Positions 1-12,360 of a stretch of DNA of 50,467 nucleotides are shown here, piece after piece. This stretch comes from Moniliella sp. 'wahieum' (lineage: Eukaryota), in the NCBI GenBank assembly GCA_003971905.1, contig RSEE01000155.1, forward strand, positions 62,001 to 112,467. Reading direction: 5' to 3'. The notes beneath the pieces were generated by a model. The model was not told the DNA's origin and searched no databases. It saw nothing but the letters and a program-made list of their open reading frames with translations. A program made the translations under genes and the position numbers. Positions within the stretch are counted from its first letter, which is position 1; every line of letters begins with the position of its first letter.

Positions 1-67
1 GTGCGCATCGTCTAGACCAGCAAGGAATGCCTGAGTGTAACTGTCCTGGTCATCTTGCCTGAGGGTG

Positions 68-2627
68 CTAGCTTGGAGGTGCGACTTCCAGCTGTCCAAC
101 ACATACTGTCCAGCAAGCCGATTCGCCCAAGTTTTCACCCGCAAAGCTCTTGCCTGCTAGGAAGCCGTCGCTTGTACCCGTGCTGACTGCCATCATCATG
201 TGGTCTTCTGACTTGGGCTTGGGCTTGCGGGACTTCAATGCAACCGATTCCTTCGCCTGGGCTCGCCGCACAGCCTCCTTTTCTTGCCGGATAGTGCGAT
301 AGCGCGCGCCCGCGGGACTTCCACCGCGCATGTTTCCCTGACCGACAACAAAGTACCCCGATACCTCCGTCGCCGAAGCGGTAGATGAAGAGGTGGAGAG
401 ACTTGACGAGGGGCTCTTTGTTGTGTCTCCAGAACGATCGCCGGAAGGATTGAACTGGGGCACAACGGATGACGCCATAGACGGGACCGCAGATGGGAAA
501 GCTGGGCTGAGGGGGAGGGAAAGGGTAATCTCCCCACTGAGCTCAAATGAGGTGGTGATCACCACTTCATGAGACCATTGCAATGTTACCGCTGAAATCG
601 CTGGGGTGGGGACAGCGGTAGGGGAGATAGAGCTTCGACACGCTCTTGGAGTGGGTGGACCCACTCGCCGAGTTGCCGAGTGTGGCTTATCGGATGAAGA
701 ACTCGAACTGGATTGCGAGCTGCTCCAGATCAAGGATGAGGAGCTAGAAGGGGCTGAGCTTGTCGACAGAGACATGGACGTCGTCGAAGAGACCTTCTCG
801 CTCATGCTAGAACTGAGCTTGCTGGACGAAGCTGGTGTGTCGCTTGAGCTGATCTTCGTCTGAGTTGAGGACCGGGACATGCTGCTCGAGGTCGGAGAGG
901 ACGAGTGGGGACGCGTGAAGGCGGTAGAAGACGGGTAGATTTGGGAACTGGAAGGGGTTGACGTTGGTACCAAGCGGGAAGGTACTGCAGGGACCTGGAG
1001 GCAGGAAACATTTTTGGCGATCGTCCCAGCGACAGCAACCTGCTGGGAAGCATTGAGGCTTCCCAAATGGCTGTAGGTGGCGCGTTAGAGATGTTCCAAA
1101 GCGTGAAAGGGCTAGTGAGAAACTCCTTGGCTGCAGCCTTGAAGCACCATCCCGCATTGTTCTTGCAATCCTCCATAGTGTACGAGACCAATATATCGTG
1201 CCCGCCGTCCGGGTACCAAACACCTGGTTCTCAGCTTCACAGAAGGCCTTCTCTGCTGCTTGAGGGTTTGCCTCCCCCTGGAGACTTGCGGCAGCTAGGG
1301 CGCAGGACCATTCCCCCACGACCACGTTTCCTCTGACCGCCGCGGAGCTAGCATTGAGCTGCACATCCACGGGTCCATCAATCTCTTCGTATGCACAGTC
1401 GCATTGGCCCTTTGGTCTGCACGTGTGTACACATAGTACAGATGAGTGTCATCGACGACGAAGTCTTGGCTTGGACGGCTGTTGATCAACTCTGTGCCTC
1501 GGGTCAAGTTGAAGGCATCTTGAAAATAGAGCGGGAACGTGCTTGCGCCCGGAACCGTGCGCAGCGTGTCGAGGGTCTCGTTGTACCATGTCCAAAGGGC
1601 TGGGACATTGATCGGCTCATTGAGGAGCTCAATTCCCACCACATTAGTCACATTAACCAACCTCTCCGTCAAGTTGGTAAGCAAAGCCGTAGTGAGAGAC
1701 ATGTTTCCTTCGCTGAAGAACCCCACCTCTCCATTTGACACACCACTAATGGGGCCAGCATTGGCAGCACCGTAAGCCCCATGGAGATCGAGCAAGACAC
1801 CAAGGTTATACTTGGCTGCCCATTTGATCCCGCGTACAAGGTAGCGCCAGCTGTTGGTGTACACCGTCGAATAAGGGGCAAAGGGAGTGTTGTCTGTCCA
1901 GTTGCTTCCCAAAGTCCAGTAACCAATTGGAATGCGAACGGTATTGACTCCCAACCCAGCCATAGTCTGGAAATCCTCTTCCTGGATCCATGTGTCCCAA
2001 TGCTGTTCGAGCCGCGCAGTTGCATTGGCTACCCCATCGGGTGATGAGCCGTACCCCATGAGAATGTCAAGCTCGGCCGACGCGTTGCCCACCGCACAAT
2101 TAAACATTGACGGTGCCATCCAGTTCTCATTCACAAACCTATTACTAAGTGGTTAGCGCTCCGTTGCCAGAACTAACGCAACAGAAGAAGAACGTACCAG
2201 CCGCCCAAGTTTACGCCGACTTGTTCCCGGTAGCGGAAGATAGTGGATTTGTTGGGGTCGAACGCATCGAAACTCAAATTGGATGGCAGGGAATCCCATC
2301 CTCCTTGTGGAGTGTAGGGTGTGGGAATGCTAGCGCAGCTGCCCGGCCCAACTCCGCCTGTGGCCGTGTGGTTCTTGGCTGCCTTGGGCACCAATAGGTA
2401 CGAAGGCTCGCCCCACTGAGCCTCGTTGTACTGTTGATGGGGCAGCTTCAGCCCACCTTGCTCTCCGGCCACTTGAAAGTTGTGCCGGGAGTGAGGAGAG
2501 CGGCTGCTCCTTCGCTGGGTGGTAAGATGGGGTTCGGCTTATAGTTGGCTTGAGAAAGTGAGAGAGCTTGGAAGATGTTGTTAGCCGCCTGGGCTGCTTG
2601 GGGAGAAAGTTGCCATGGAGCACGCAT
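68..2627 (-). CDS. Glycoside hydrolase family 5 glucan 1,3-beta-glucosidase (Exg-like) with long Ser/Thr-rich C-terminal tail; frameshifted in this assembly
   Basis: GH5 motifs in order across frames: GVNLGGW|FVNENW (intron 2139-2197, GTACGT...GCTAAC...TAG), GVNTVRIPIGYW, LLDLHGAYG, IELLNEP (acid/base Glu), DTHLYY, VVVGEWSCAL (nucleophile Glu; ORF 807-1370). Ser-rich ORF 68-1066 follows. Start ATG 2627 and stop 68 are best guesses. Confidence 0.88.
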
Positions 2628-5337
2628 GGTGATTCTTTGAGTGTTGGGTCCGGAACCAGCCGGTGATTAAAATGTGTAGAAGGATAGCACCAGGCCGAAA
2701 GGGAGGGGGGGAGATGGGACCAGCCCGAAAAGTGCGATATGAGGGAGATGGGGGGTGTGCTCGGGGGAGGGGGGGGGATAAAGGACAGCGAGATAGGAGA
2801 AGAAAGAGGACCATTCCTTTAAAGACACTCTGAGAGGTCAGAGAGGTTTACATAGCTTCTATACTAGGACAAGGTTACCATCTACCAGTTGCTGGCCTGC
2901 TTAGTCCTTATGGTATGTCTGTGGAAGAAAGGGCGACGTGATTGGAGCCGTGGCCGTAGGGATCGGATCCGTGCCCTCTCTCTAGTTGCGATTAATATAG
3001 AGAAGCACCACCAAGGGAATGCGGGAGAATCGCCACGCGTCACACATTATTATAATTGCAGCCGACAAACGGGGCAGGCACGGGGGGAGTGAATCCTGCA
3101 AGCGTTGAAAATCCTTCCACTCCTTGGCCGTCTCGGCATAATTTCGTGCCTCTCCAGCCGTCGTGTGTGATGCGAACGGCCTCTTGCAATAGCCCCCCCG
3201 CGTGCGATGGGTGGTCTGAAGCAGGTTAGATCAGCGGGACCGGTAGTCGGTACCGGTAACATGTAAACCCGATACTCGGGCATGGAAGCCACATCCATCG
3301 TCAACATGCCCACACTTGTGAGTACTAGCGATCCATGTGGGCCTACGATCACATCACCTCTCTGCCCCCCCCCCCCCCCAGAGGGCCGCACAGCGGTGCA
3401 TAGCGTCAAACGATTTATAGAGCTCACAGTCTGTTGCCTGGTCGGGCAAGGACTGAAGGAGGGGACAATAGTAACGTTCTGAGCATATTGCAAGTTCAGG
3501 ATGTTGAGGCCATTCGGCCTCCTCATTAACGTTTTGACGACATTTGATCCGATCATGGATGAAATCGATGAAAACACATCATGCATCATCTGTTGTCAGG
3601 TACACACGACGTACAGTCGTCCCGCGTCCTAGCATATTGTCTGTCGTCGCTGTTGTGAGAGAGGTGCTGCTCATGGGCCTCCCGAGTAGCACTCTGGGAA
3701 AGTGGTGCCTGGATTGAAGGAATTTATTATGGCTAGCGGAACAGCCAGTGTGCAGCCCCGCTTCCGCCTGTCCACAAACAGGCTTGTACCGACTGCCTCC
3801 ACCAGGGCCAAAACTGACCCTCTTTGCCAGGACGTGCTTCGCATCGCCTGTTCGTCACCACCACCTACCAGACACCAGCCACATCAATCCACATCAATCC
3901 ACATTATCCAACGTCAAGGTGTCAGCCAAGTCTGAACAAGGGACGGGATCGTGCAGTATTCCCCTTTGGTGGAGCTTCACCTTCAGACCCCCCAATGAGC
4001 ATTGGGTTGAAGCGCATTGGTGATGCTGCGGGTAGGGACCTGCGGCCGTCGGAAGAGAAGAACCGTGTCGGCGCTGGTGCGGTTCCGTTTGGGGATTGAA
4101 GAAGCGGCTCTTGATGGCCCCAGTAGAAGTCTTCCCCTATGCTCCTATCGGGGGAATGACCGGGAAAGTGGGGCCAAACGAAAGGACGGGCACGTCTTGC
4201 CTCCGGGCAGACCGTTCAGAGCAGCCGTTGGCTAGGTTGCTCTGACCCATCGCCACGGTACATTTGAAACGCATGAATTTTGCTTCTGTATCCACTTGTT
4301 GACAACGCTCAGCTGCATGTCGATAATGACCGGTAGGTGCCCCAGAAAAGGATGCAGCCAGTAGAATGGTGAAGGTGGTCAAGGGCCTCAGGCTGCCTTA
4401 GGCCAGCGGAGTGAGGAAGGATAGAGAGTTCAAAAGGGAGGAACTGCACGCGAATGCCGCGTACAAAAGAGGCTAGACTAGCAGAAATGTTCGACCAATG
4501 TTTTATGACGGACTGTGGCGCAGCAGGAAGCCCGCGCGCGGGCGCGGCCTCCCTTTCCTGTTTTCTTGTCGTGACCCGCCCAGCCTCTTCGCTCCCCTCA
4601 ATAGCATCGTCTGGTCTCATACTCACGACACCAGCTAGAGTGTTGTTATAGTGTCAAGTCCACAGCGCCACACACCGACACTCGCGGTACTCAACACATG
4701 CACTTCCGCTTTCGGATCGTGTTGCTGCAACGCTGCTGAACCGAACCAATAACTCCGGTATGGTAGTCGAGGGTGCGGTTGTGCCCCCCAAGGCGGAAAG
4801 AAGACCAAGAGGGATACCTATAGTAAGTTTTGTCGTCGTATAGTCTGCAGTGGAGAGCCCATATATTGTTTTTCATCGCCGGTTGCTATTGTGTTTTCAA
4901 CTAACGTAAGATTACGACCCTTGTCATTCTATCGCTATACATGGCCTCAATGTAGATTTGGTCACCACATGTTGATGCACGGCAAGTGTAGGAAGGGGAC
5001 GGAGCAGGAGCAGGCAAAGACAGCTGCCGTTCATCTGCTACCGTTCTCATCAGGCTGAGAACCGGACTCATGTGATTATCTCTGCTCCACGCCCATTATG
5101 TCTGTTGTCGTCTGTCTACCTTTGGCGGGCTGCATATGGTTTGAGTAGCCCAGCTGCTGGCCAGAGTCTGCCAGAGCACAGCCAGAGCACATGGCCGTGC
5201 TGGCGCCACTGCTCTGGCTGTGCCGGGCGGCTTGAACGAAGCTCCACGCTGGAAACAAGCGTGCACCCGTGCCGACGCGGCGCGGCGCGTGGCGGGGGGG
5301 GCGGGGCGCGACGGACAGCCAGACGGGCGCCGTGCGG

Positions 5338-5401
5338 CCAATCGGTGTAACATGTAATCGGCAATCGATAATCAGTAAGTACTTGACTACTGACCAATCG
5401 G
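5338..5401 (+). promoter_or_regulatory. Cluster of CCAAT/AATCG motifs upstream of the La-motif gene
   Basis: CCAATCGG at 5338 and 5394 with TAATCGG, CAATCGA and TAATCAG between them, ~250 bp before ATG 5640. Function inferred only. Confidence 0.3.
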
Positions 5402-5573
5402 TCCGATTTCCCGTGCGGCTGGGAGCGGGAAGCGAGGGCTAGGGTTGCGGCCGGTGTTCCTCCGCGTGGGACACGGCTGGTGCGCTGTGGTGCTGGCGGG
5501 GCGGGTGGTGCAGGGCGACTGGGACGCCCACCTCAGCGTCTGGCTACTAAGCGTTCCCCCCTCCCCCACCGGC

Positions 5574-5606
5574 TGCCCCCGCGTTTGCCCCCGCGTTTGC
5601 CCCCGC
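5574..5606 (+). repeat. 12-bp tandem repeat (TGCCCCCGCGTT) x~2.7
   Basis: Read directly; lies just upstream of ATG 5640. Confidence 0.85.
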
Positions 5607-5639
5607 CTCGCCGCGTCTCCTGGCCACCATGACCACCGC

Positions 5640-7872
5640 ATGGACAGCGCCACGGGCAAGCCCCACTCTTTCGCCAGCATTCGCCGCGCTGCGCCCAGTG
5701 CCAGTGCCAGCCGCAGCACCAGCACCAGCACCAGTACTCGCGCCGCCAGCTCCACCACCAACACAGCACCAGCACCAGCACCGCTCTAGCACCCAGCTCC
5801 AGCCCCAGCTCCCCTCCTACCGCAGCGCCTGCCGTCACGGAAAACACGCCGCCCCTGACGCCCCGACCACTCCTGAACGCAGTCCCGCTCCTCCCTCCCA
5901 ACGCGGCCCTAACGCCATCCCAAGAGGAATTCCCAGCTTTGGTCTCAGTACCTCCCCTCCCAGTCTCGCGCCATCGACCGCGCTGCCTCATGGGCAGCGA
6001 GCGTCTCCTACTCCCAGGCCCATCGTTCTTCGCCTTCCCGCACTTCCTCCACCCCGACCTTGATTAGTCCGCCGGGAAACAAGGCTTCTAGATCCACCCT
6101 CCCCTCTACTCACCAGGACCCACAATCTGCGCCCGTACCTGCGCCGGTAGATCCCCCTCCTATGTCCAGCTCGTACGTGGAGGGCGCAGGTACGCCTTGT
6201 GTGCCCGCGTGGCGCACCAATGGTACCTCCGCCAATGGCACCTCCGCCACAGGGGCAAGGCAATGCGCTGGCGCAGCCACATCCCCCCTCCCCCCGCGGT
6301 CTAAATCCCCCTGTGAATGTGTGGGAGGTACGCAAGCAGCAAGCCGATGAGCGGAGGCAAGCCGAGGCCAAAGAACAAGAGCGCAAGGACGTCGAAAAGA
6401 ATGACAAGGTCCGCGTGTCTGAGACCAGGGCGGGCGACGATGAATCCGAAATCAGCCCCCGAACGTGGCAAAGACAAGGAAAATGAGACGCCCAAGACGC
6501 AGAGCGAAAGTCAGGCTCGGAATGCAACCTCTTCCACCAGCCCGCAACGGGGCTTTGTCCGTCGTGCTGAGAAGCGGGCACCCTCAGCCTCACGCAGATG
6601 GGGAAGAGTATGCGTGGCTCCGCAACATCCGTCTCTTAAATGGAGGGGTCAATATGCCCTCTCTCGGCGACTTGGAGCCGGAACTGTTCCCCCTGAGTCC
6701 CACCAATACCCCGCTGCTGAGGATAGCGCCTCAACGCCTACCCAGCTTCCGGCCCAAGAGGATCCTCTGCGAGTGCCAGAGTTGGGCCCGGGGATCTGAC
6801 TAAAGCCAAGGCCAAGCCCGTCTCCATCTCTGCCCCGGAAATGGATCCGCCCCGAAGAGGCCACGGGCGAGGCAGGTATCGCAACACGAGGGGGAGAGGG
6901 TTGGGACACAATCCCCCACGCTCGTCGAAAAAGAACTTAAATTACCCCTATTCGGCTGCGTCCTTGTCGCTTCCCTACTTTTACCCCATTCCATGCTATG
7001 ACATGGACTATGCTTCCCATTACGGTAGCGACGATCCGTCTGTCTTGACAAAGGACATGCCAGCGAAGACGGTCGAAGAAGGTCTCCGGTTGGCTGGGAC
7101 CACACCTTCACTTCCATCTCAATCTTCCGCCTCTACGACAACTCCGGCTCATATTCCAGGTCAAGTCCAGGCCCAGGCCAACCAGGCTCTAGCTCTGGCC
7201 CAGGCCCAGGCCCAGGCCCAAGCTCAAGCGCAGGTCCAGGCCCAGGCTCATGCACTTCTCCCTTATATGCTACTTCCGAATGCGTTTTGCAACACTGGGT
7301 TACGGCGATGCGCCGTGCTTTATCTGCCGACAATGACCGAGACGGGCGAGACAACGCTGATCCCTATCTCGATAGAACAGGCCAAGCAAGCTGGTCTCCT
7401 GGCCTTCTCCCCTCCCTCTGCATCGCCCTCAACGTCCGCGGAGGCCGAGTCGACGTTGCGCCAACTCGTATCCCAGATCGAATTTTACTTTTCCTCTCCA
7501 ACCTCAAGGGCGACACGTTCCTGCGCACCTGTATGGATGCCCAAGGCTGGGTCCTCTAGCCACCGTGGCGAGCTTCAACCGCTGTAAGGATCTGCGCGCT
7601 TCGTGGACGCATCTCTCGGGCTTGCCAGACTCGCACCTCTGGAGCCGGGTCGCGCTCGCCCTCCAGGCATCCAAGGGCGTCGAATCCATCCCCTCGGTAC
7701 GCTGGTGCGGAAAAAACCCGATTGGGCCGCTTGGTTGTTACCGCTCTCCTGGACCCCCGCCAACAACTTCTCTGCCCCAACCAAGATGCTCTCCCCCGAC
7801 GCCTCCCATCCCCACTGGTATTCCTACTACCAGTTTGCCGCCCGACGCGTTGGAAGCATCCTAGCATCCTAA
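5640..7872 (+). CDS. La-motif RNA-binding protein (Sro9/Slf1/LARP1-like); multiple frameshifts
   Basis: La motif split over frames: LRQLVSQIEFYFS (ORF 6841-7587), SNLKGDTFLRTCMDAQGWV (7287-7559), VASFNRCKDL (7565-). N-terminal Pro-rich region with PPVNVWEVR and a (QA)n run at ~7165-7250. Stop at 7864 or 7872 depending on frame. Confidence 0.8.
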
Positions 7873-8576
7873 CGGTATCTTGCCAGATGCGCGTCCCCCT
7901 TGTCAGCTTTATGGCTATTCTAACCTTATGGCCCCTGTGATGATCGAAATATGACTGGACTGCTCTTGTGCAAGAGCGGGAGGGGTTGGATCCAGTCTGC
8001 CGAAGTTCGCTTCCTTCTGTCCTGTTGACCAATGTATTCCCCTTAGCCACGCTTTCCCCTTTCCATCCATGTAGTTCGGCCCTGCCCATCCCCACGCTCT
8101 GTCAAGGCACGGCGGTGGGGGCGGGGGCGCCCGTCTAGGCCGCAGTGCGGAGAGGATGGTGCTTCATCCCGACACGCATTGGCCCACCCACGCATCAAGC
8201 TCTGTTGCAGGCGCTCAGGCTGGGTCGCCATCCTGAGCCCGGTCCGGTTACGGGTGCGCAGCCCCGACTATTTGATGCACAAAGCCCAATCAGCGTGCGG
8301 ACGCGAGCTTCAAGCTTCAAGCAGTACACTCACAATGCAGGTGATTAGGCAACAGCAGCCGTCAGCGTCATCCAACACGTGGTGGACCAGCGTAGATCTC
8401 TCAGTGCCCCTCCTCCCCACCATTACCTCGGCGATTATATCAGCTGCCTGCGCATTGGGCAGACATGGGCGTGATATAGACACGTCCGACAGGCTACGGC
8501 ACGCCGCACTGGCAGCTGGGGCGTGGTCGCATGTCATTGATTGGGATGAGGCCGGGAAGGCATGAGGGCGTTTTGG

Positions 8577-9839
8577 TTACTGCAGGTCCGCGGCGTATGG
8601 AAGCTTGTACACATCGCCCACCGCCGCCGAGGTAGGTTTGGAGCTCAACAGCGTCGCGCTGCACTTGACACGGCCGAAGGCGACACCTCGAGCGCAGCCA
8701 AGTGCGCATCCAGCGCCGTCACGTCGCCTCCTGTCGCCAGTGGGTGCGGCAAACTCGGATGCGCCATGGCCCTCAAAGTGAGAGGCCAGGGCAAACTTGG
8801 CCTGTGCGACGGCCACCTTGACCTTGTCCTCTGGCGCAGTCTGGGCCAGATCCTGAGCGCATTGTACGCCAGTTGCGCCGCAATCGGCGCCGAGGTCGCA
8901 TCGGGCGTGGCACCCGCACACCAAACAGACCCGCCTTCTCAAACGACAAGTTCAACGGCGTCGCCTTGGCCCCCGCCACCTCGTCGGCCACTTTGCTCAA
9001 CAGCGACTGGCCCTTGGACCACTTGATGTGGGTCTTGCCACCCAGGAAGGTGGCCCAGGACTGCCAGTTCGGCGTGCCAGCCAGCTTGCCTGCATCAAAC
9101 GCCAAGAGGAACTCCTGCGGGCCATGCGAGGCAAAGGGATCCGGGCCTCCCCACCAAAGTACGTCGCCTCGGGCGGGGTTACTTTGCTCCCCTGGGCCAA
9201 GTGGAAGTTGGCACCCACCAGCTCGGCAAGCTCGTTCACCTCGAGACCCGCCGCGGCAACAGATACATTGTCGGCGGTTAGGGACGCGCGGATGTACTCG
9301 GCAGCCGAGTCAGCAGAAATAGGGGAGGCGGGGGAAGCAAACAGCGAAGCACCGGGGCCCTTGCCATGGTACGCAGTTGCCGTCAACGCTTCCAATGCGG
9401 CTAGGGGAGCGTCGTGCTGTGCGGCCTCGGCCTCAGCTACGAGAGCGGGCAAGACGTGCTCGGTGAACTCCCACGAGTAGAGCTTGGGGCTCGAAAGTGC
9501 GTCGCCGAGCAGCGCCAGGAAAAAGTCCCGGTCTTCGGGCAGGAAACCGGCATGAAGCAGAACGGCGTCCTTGGTGATGGACGTGCTGAGCACACCGCCA
9601 CGCAGCTCGGCCTCGCGGATGGTAGAGAGAGCGGAGCGGGCGTCGTTGGCCTGGAAGAGCCAGTGCTTGAGTGCGGCCGCGGCACCGGGAGGGGCGTAGC
9701 GCGGGCCAGCCTTGATGGCGACGGTGACACTGGCAGCGGCCCCATCGTTGAGGCTGGCCAGGGGCACCAGGCCGGACGAGGCGGTGGAGAAGGCGCGTGT
9801 GGCCGCACGCAGGGGCGCGAGGGGGGCGCGCAGGAGCAT
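8577..9839 (-). CDS. QCR2: Cytochrome bc1 complex core subunit 2 (M16 peptidase-like, inactive)
   Basis: Mitochondrial presequence MLLRAPLAPLRAATRAFSTAS, then VTVAIKAGPRY, ARSALSTIREAELRGG, YFGGEARI, FEKAGLFG and C-terminal AVGDVYKLPYAADL. Frameshifts near 9100 and 8900. Confidence 0.92.
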
Positions 9840-10150
9840 GTCGGGGGGGGAGGGCGAGGAGGGGGCGAGGGAGAGGACGCAGCTGAGCAGCCAAACGCAC
9901 AGCCAGCTTGGGTTGGCCAACCGAGGCCGCCTATCCCAGCGTCCGAAGAAAGCTAGCTAACCCAAGGCCACCACTGGCCTAAGCCGCCCGCCCCGGAGCG
10001 CACTGCACCAGTCTGCGCGCTGGTTCCGCCGCCAGCACGCTCCTGCCCTGCCTCGTGCCATTTCTAAGCGAAAGACGAGTGCTGAGGTCAGCTGCCTCGT
10101 GGCGCGTGACTGGCTGCGGCCAAGGCAGCCCAATTAAGACGGCTACAGCC

Positions 10151-10205
10151 GTGTCGAGGGTCGCGTGTCGAGTGTCGAGTGTCGAGCGTCGAGCGTCGAG
10201 TGTCG
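10151..10205. repeat. 7-bp tandem repeat (GTGTCGA/GCGTCGA) x~8
   Basis: Read directly; in the QCR2-ATG16 divergent intergenic region. Confidence 0.9.
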
Positions 10206-10673
10206 GCTGCTGTGGATGGGGCGACAGGACGCTTGCTGCATTTGCGTCGCCAGCGTCGTGTGCCCCGCGACGGTCACCAGCTGCGGGTGGCGCTGCGTGG
10301 CCCCGCGCATGCGGTGCCCATCCACCGCCGTCCCCGCAGCCACGGGCGAGCAGCAGGGCCAGCGCGTGGCTGCGCCCCCGCCCCCTATTCCGCTGGTTCC
10401 GCTCGGCTGGCACCCGCGCAGCTGGGGCGCAGAGCACTAGGGTTGGCGCTCCGCCCAGCGGCAGGAGCTGATTGCATTGGGCGATTGGGCCTGGCCGGCG
10501 TAACCACCACGCCCGCCGCCCCGCCTGTCGCCCCCACCTGCCACCTGCCCTCCCGCGCGCTCGGCAAGGGCCAGCACTGCGCCCCCTGCGGATCATCTAC
10601 GTGCACCATCGTACGTCCCCCCCTCCCCCCCCGTGGCACAGCAGTCGCTCACCCCCTCCCCCTCCAGCCGAGC

Positions 10674-11440
10674 ATGGCACACCCCGCAGTGTACGGTGGG
10701 TATGTACCCGCGACCAGTGCGCTGAGCAGCGTTCCGCTTCTTCCGTGGCAAGAGACGCTCCGGATACGTGTTGTGGCGCGCGATGCGCAGGAGCGTGCAT
10801 ACGACGAATTTATTGGGCGGTACCAGGCGCTGGCCGCCCACGCGGCCGCGCTCAAGGACCGCAACACCTCTCTCTTGCTGCCTCGGCCGGCGGAGGTCAG
10901 GGCGGCAATGCGGTGCAAGAAGCCTATGTCAAGTCATTGGAGGCCCAGCTGGGCACGGTGCGCGACGAGCTCGGAGCCCAGTATAAGACCCAGTCGCTCA
11001 ATGCACAGCGGCTGCTCGAGTTGAACGAGACGTTGCGTACGCAGGAGGAGGAAGCCAAGGGGTTAGAGGGCCAAGTGCGTGTGTTAACGGAAGAGCGCGG
11101 CCGGCTGCAGCGGCAGAGCAAAGATCAGCGCGATGCGTTGCGTGAGAAGGATGCGACGGTGGAGATGCTGCAGGATGAACTCAACACACTCAGTCTCGAG
11201 CTCGGCCAGGTCGAAACGCGCAACGATGAGCTGAGCCGGGACAATGCGCAGCTCCTCCAAAGATGGCTCGATGCCAAGAACGAAGAGGCGCATCGTATGA
11301 ACGACGCCAATATTTACCTCGCCGAGGTCGAACGCCGCAAGTCCGAGGCCCCTGAACACGCAGCTATGCCCCCCTCCCCCTCGGAAGTGGAGGAGCCCAC
11401 GCCTAGGCTACGACGCGATCTACCACATCCACCCCTGTAG
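10674..11440 (+). CDS. ATG16: Autophagy protein Atg16 (fungal short coiled-coil form)
   Basis: N-terminal Atg5-binding-type helix WQETLRIRVVARDAQE, coiled coil, and conserved LQDELNTLSLELGQVETRNDELSRDNAQLLQRWLDAKNEEAHRMNDAN. One frameshift near 10890-10910. Confidence 0.9.
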
Positions 11441-11450
11441 GAAGATACTG

Positions 11451-12360
11451 TCATTCCGGTCGGGTAAAACAGACGCCAAGCGGAGCAGGGGCGAAGAAAA
11501 GTGGGGCCGACCAGCCGCGGGGAAGAGCAGGGGGCAACCCCGGTCCCGCGCCGGAAGGGTGGGCGTCTTGGGCTGCCAGCAAGCCTGCACGGGCGTGCAT
11601 CTCTCCCAACACATGAAGTGGAGCAAGGGGAATACTCCCGCTCGGTGGTTGGGTCTGAGCCCAGCGAAAGGTGGGCAGCCAGTACGTGTTGTGCAGCCAG
11701 CGGAGGGACTAGGGGGTATGAGGTCAGAATGCTATGATACCGATATTGAGAACCAAAGGGGAGCGACATACCTCTACTGCTGCCTCGCGCAGCACAGTCA
11801 GCGGAGGGCAATTTTGATGGGCGGCCGAATGACGAACCTGGACAAGCCAGAGCGGCAGCCCGGCCTTGGACGCCAAAACGGCAATGGACGACGCATAGAG
11901 GGAAGTTTGGAACTCGTCCACCACCCATTCACGAAACGCACCACAGCCATCGCATAGGCCATCCGCACACTCATCTCCTCCCTCAATTCCGGTCTTGGCT
12001 CTGGCGCTGCCAAGGGGGCAGAGGAAGAAGCGGTAAGGAGAGTAGATCGCACCTCTGCAGGCGTGCAAACGGCGGCATCAAGCAGAAGTGCACTCGTCAG
12101 TCCCGATGTGGCTTCCAGGGCAAAGGGGCACTGTCCGCGAGAGAGAAGGGTGTCCACGTCGGCAATAGCGTGCGTGCGCGAGGCGGTCCAGCGGTCGTAG
12201 GCGCCTGGGCCAAGTGTGCCTTCGGTAGGGGGGGGAGAATGAGGACGACACCCTCTTCGGACGCCTCCACTTTCCCGTCCTGCGGGAGGAGGAAGAAATT
12301 GCGATAGAGCCCTAACAAGTCTGTTGGGCTGGGGAGCGATCGGACGGTGGGCAGTGACAT
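11451..12360 (-). CDS. LAS1: Pre-rRNA processing HEPN endoribonuclease Las1 (compact form)
   Basis: PFALEATSGLT, RMAYAMAVVRFVNG, SIAVLASKAGLPLWLVQVRHSAAH (HEPN RHxxxH). Intron 11709-11771 (GTATGT...CTGAC...TAG) joins to SLRWLHNTYW. Ends GWSAPLFFAPAPLGVCFTRPE* (TGA 11453-11451). Confidence 0.88.

Noticed and set aside
4691..4876. 61-aa ORF ending KRKCMC as a mating pheromone precursor
   Set aside because: The ending is not a CAAX box, there are no repeated peptide units, and no STE3 receptor or homeodomain genes are in the window.
2889..5350. Protein-coding gene between GH5 and the La-motif gene
   Set aside because: Only short ORFs without recognisable motifs or consistent splice signals; cannot be supported.
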